Shown here: piece after piece, positions 60,789 to 64,000 of the stretch
Numbering within the stretch: the first letter of the stretch is position 1
How the letters are laid out: each line of letters starts with the position of its first letter
NCBI GenBank assembly: GCA_040285825.1
Contig: JAUPSS010000004.1
Coordinates: forward strand, 3,328,550-3,392,549
Length of the DNA: 64,000 nt
Reading direction: 5' to 3'
Origin: Eukaryota sp. TZLM1-RC
Taxonomy: Eukaryota; Protista; Metamonada: BaSk clade
Translations under genes and position numbers: made by a program
Notes under the pieces: generated by a model
Told to the model about the DNA's origin: nothing
The model's database searches: none
What the model saw: only the letters and a program-made list of their open reading frames with translations

Positions 60789-61516
60789 ATGTTGATTACT
60801 GAACTAAGGGTAACAGGGTACAAAGTAACTGCAAAAGAATTAAAAGATAAAGAAAAATATATTGATGATCCCAGCATCAATCCTTCTGAATTCCAAGATA
60901 TGACCCTTGCTGCTGCTGATCCAGGTAAATCTGATCTACTCTATTTTTCTGCCAATTTAGCTCCTGAAATGACTCATTCAAAACAACCCGAGAGAGATAA
61001 ATATGTTCATTTCAGGTGCACTCAAAATCAACGAAGATTTGAGTCGAAAATTTGAGTCGATCCCAGTCAAGTTGTTATTGGAATTGGAGACTGGGAACAA
61101 CAAAAACACATGAAATTCAAAGAAGCTACCAAGGGAAAAGGTTTGAGAATTCTATTCAAAAATGCTGGTTATAAGGTCTTTTCAATTGATGAGTTTCGAA
61201 CCAGTTGCTGTTGTTTCAATGCAAGAAAGCGGAGAAAACAGTTGAAACATTCAGATGGTGCAGAAATCCTAGGCCATGGAAGAGGTATGAGATGTCTATT
61301 CGTTACGGGCTTACCATGTGTTAATCATGTGAAAGTTTGTGGAATAGAAATCGAAATGCTTCGCTGAATATTTTGGCAGTGATGGAAGCACATGGAAAAG
61401 GTGGAGATAGACCGGAACACCTACAGAGAGCCAAGGTTGATGAAGGTTCAAAGAAAAAGGTATCAAGAAGAAAATCTTCCACTTCCCAAAAACTCAGTCC
61501 CTCTACATCGGTGTAA
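60789..61516 (+). pseudogene. Fanzor1 remnant (locus D), internally deleted
   Basis: RuvC-I AAADPGKSDLL, FRCTQNQRR, IGIGDWEQQKHMKFKEATKGKGLR..FKNAGYKVFSIDEFRTSCCC; shifted frame NPRPW..YGLTMC*SC..LWNRNRNASLNI..GDRPEHL. Confidence 0.82.
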
Positions 61517-61555
61517 GGACTCTTATTTCATTGTTATAGACAACATCTGTAGCAA

Positions 61556-63295
61556 ATGTACACCAACCAATCACTAATTGGAGATGCCTCCAAGCATCCC
61601 CTACTACCTCCCAACAGCCTGGATCTCATCCGTCGTCTGTTTGACCAACTTTCTTCCCTTATACAATCCTCTCTTGTGCAAAATCAATCTATTCATGTTC
61701 CGCGCTTCGGAACCTTCCATGTTTGTCACATTAAGCTCGATTGTGGAACCATAGGAACATTATCCCCAAGACAACTTTCCTTTTCCCTAGACCCTTTCTT
61801 CAGACGTCGTCATCGTTTCAACCAGCTACGACGCCCTGCGGCTGACATCAAAACTCCAAGGAATGTAAACTTTACCCTCCTAGCTTCCAGGACAGGTACA
61901 ACCAAGGAGATGGCTTCGGATGTTGTCAAGATACTGGTAGATTCCCTCTCAGAAGCTGTCTCTCTCAATCAAAAGATCAATATCTCTTTCCTCGGCGTGG
62001 GAAAGTTTCTGGTCAAGGGACACACTCCACAATTTCAGTTCTCCCCTCAATTAAAAAAGCAAGTTGAACAACGTCAATCTGCTACCATGTCATCAACTGA
62101 CCCTAACCATAACCCTAACTCTAGCCTCACTGCTAACAAGAAGTCTGTTGAAGTCAAGCTTCCCACACCATCCGCCACTTCTTCTGCTACGTTGACCAAC
62201 CAAACTCCCTCTATTAAGAGTTCTACCTCTGCTCGATCCTCTCGTGTATCTTCTGCTACTCTCTCACAAGCTCTCTCTCCTGTGCCTTCTGCCAAATCAA
62301 GTGTTGCTGGCTCCGAGTGCTTGGGTAGGGATATGGTTGAATTCTGTGATTGTTCTTCTTGCTCTTCTGTTCAAGAAACAAATATATTCGCCAGACGTCC
62401 CGAGACTCCCGACTATGATCCAAATGTGTATCGTAAAGCGCTGGATGAGCAGCTCAGCATGACAAAGAAGCAGAGGAGAGCGGAGATGATGAACAAGCAT
62501 GAGAGTGAGAAGGGTATTTATGACACTGTGAAGGAAGCAGAGGAGAAGGAGAAGAGGGAGAAGGAGCAGGAAAGATTGAGAAAGAAGCAAGAATTGATTG
62601 ATAAGATGAGAACTGATCGGTTAAAATCGAAAAAGGAAGGTGATGAAGGTTACGTTGAACACTATCCGCTTCTAGATAGAGAGCCTGACCCTGATGATTA
62701 TAGAAAACAGCAATTTGAAAAAGATCAACAGTTGAAAACCTTTCAATACAATCAATGGAAGGAGAAGCAAAATTTACTGAAAAATGAACGTCTAAAGGAG
62801 CAAAATGATGCAAATATGGCTTTCCAGAAGGTTAATGAGTTGGGAAGGGAAATAGATTCAAGAAAACCTGCAGAAGAACGATTGACTTCTGATTTTTTAA
62901 GGTCTGTTTTGGATTCAAAGGCCAAAAAGCTTGAATCAAATGATGATCAGCCAGATATTGCCATTTGTGCAAGATCTATCACCAGTAGTGTGGCGAGAGA
63001 AAAAGAAAGGGAAAAAGCAAGACAATTGGCCAGGTTTCAGTTACATCAAGCTGAAGAGAAGAAGAAGAAACAAAAGGAAGAGCAGCTGAAGGAAGAACTA
63101 GCTCAGAAGAGGGCTATTGAAGACATTAAAAAGCAGGAAGAGGATGAGAAGAACAAGTATTGGACGGAATGTGCCAAAAGGCAGAAATCTAGGAGAGAGG
63201 AATTGGATTTACAGCTGTCGTTAAGTGGTAAGTTGTGTCCTAAATGTGGAAAACCAAAAAAATCCAAAAATAGAATGTATCATAGGTGTTGTTAA
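61556..63295 (+). CDS. CCDC81: CCDC81-like protein (two HU/IHF-like N-terminal domains plus coiled coil)
   Basis: IHVPRFGTF...RQLSFSLDPFF and VNFTLLA...INISFLGVGKF...FQFS, followed by a long E/K/Q coiled coil. Confidence 0.65.
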   Translation: MYTNQSLIGDASKHPLLPPNSLDLIRRLFDQLSSLIQSSLVQNQSIHVPRFGTFHVCHIKLDCGTIGTLSPRQLSFSLDPFFRRRHRFNQLRRPAADIKTPRNVNFTLLASRTGTTKEMASDVVKILVDSLSEAVSLNQKINISFLGVGKFLVKGHTPQFQFSPQLKKQVEQRQSATMSSTDPNHNPNSSLTANKKSVEVKLPTPSATSSATLTNQTPSIKSSTSARSSRVSSATLSQALSPVPSAKSSVAGSECLGRDMVEFCDCSSCSSVQETNIFARRPETPDYDPNVYRKALDEQLSMTKKQRRAEMMNKHESEKGIYDTVKEAEEKEKREKEQERLRKKQELIDKMRTDRLKSKKEGDEGYVEHYPLLDREPDPDDYRKQQFEKDQQLKTFQYNQWKEKQNLLKNERLKEQNDANMAFQKVNELGREIDSRKPAEERLTSDFLRSVLDSKAKKLESNDDQPDIAICARSITSSVAREKEREKARQLARFQLHQAEEKKKKQKEEQLKEELAQKRAIEDIKKQEEDEKNKYWTECAKRQKSRREELDLQLSLSGKLCPKCGKPKKSKNRMYHRCC

Positions 63296-64000
63296 TTTTT
63301 AATGTTTTTTTATTTATTTATTTATTTAATAAATTTAATAAATTTTTCCTTACATTTCATTTTTCAAAAATGGGTAAATCACTTTTTATATAACTTTTGC
63401 CAATTGGTATATATTGCCAGATAAAGCTAATTTTTTTAAGTCTTCTTTTAATTCTTTTTTTACTAATGCTCTGATTTTTTTGATGTCAACAAGAAATAAC
63501 GAATGATCATTGATAAAGTATACAATCAAAAAATGATTGTTTAAAAAATTGAAAACATAATTAATTAATTCATTCATTTTTATGAAATTCATTGTAGCCC
63601 CGCAGAAAATAATTGAAATTACAACAATAGCAGAGAACTTTTGTTGTGTCACTGCAACCTAGAGCATCTTTTGTACAATTTGAGTTTGACAAGTTTCTAA
63701 CAAGGGCTTACTGGTTATGAATCTGATAACTGATCAACAGTGAGGTTTTGTTAGCTTTATTTAATAAAAGTGATTATAACACTTGATGCATTTGATTGTA
63801 CTCATCATCATCTTGAAATGCTTTTGAAAAGCTGCCTGTACTGGCACATTGGTAGTTTGTTCTGATAATCTTCAGTTAGTACGCATTTCACTACTGATGG
63901 TGTTCAGATTCAGTTCACTCGTTCTTCTTTTGTAATAAATTAATCTCCACATACACACCTGAAAGAGATCAACCAATGGAGCTAAAAAACATAAGTGCAG

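Noticed and set aside
1-64000. tRNA, rRNA or snRNA genes
   Set aside because: No cloverleaf or conserved rRNA/snRNA segments recognised by eye; tRNAscan-SE and Infernal would be needed to exclude them.

Overview
AT-rich genomic DNA from a microbial eukaryote using the standard genetic code. It is probably a flagellated protist (inference from CCDC81-like and MORN genes). Host genes are compact with ultrashort 28-32 nt introns: UEV1/MMS2, an SLC35F-type transporter, a Sen1/Upf1-like SF1 helicase, ORC1/CDC6, PPIL3, a cyclin, TPR, MORN, alpha-kinase-ankyrin, SNW1 and CCDC81-like genes. Two histone clusters hold 9 genes. Between host genes lie many mobile elements: CRE-type RLE non-LTR retrotransposons, Ty3/gypsy pol remnants, hAT transposons and a MITE, a pogo fragment and a GIY-YIG pseudogene. 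Main observations: (1) Five Fanzor (eukaryotic TnpB-like RNA-guided RuvC nuclease) loci, all disrupted in this assembly. One near-complete 2.6-kb element is followed by a strand-specific five-hairpin omega-RNA candidate and sits directly behind an orphan histone H4 upstream region. (2) A gag-only mini-LTR element (70-bp LTRs, tandem LTR-gag-LTR-gag-LTR, TAAG target-site duplication) inserted in another Fanzor. (3) A divergent 6-bp-stem/4-nt-loop hairpin behind all nine histone genes. (4) Introns with a fixed branch-point-to-3' end distance, including apparent non-canonical GA-AG and GT-AT introns. All calls come from manual reading and motif recognition; no searches or folding programs were run.
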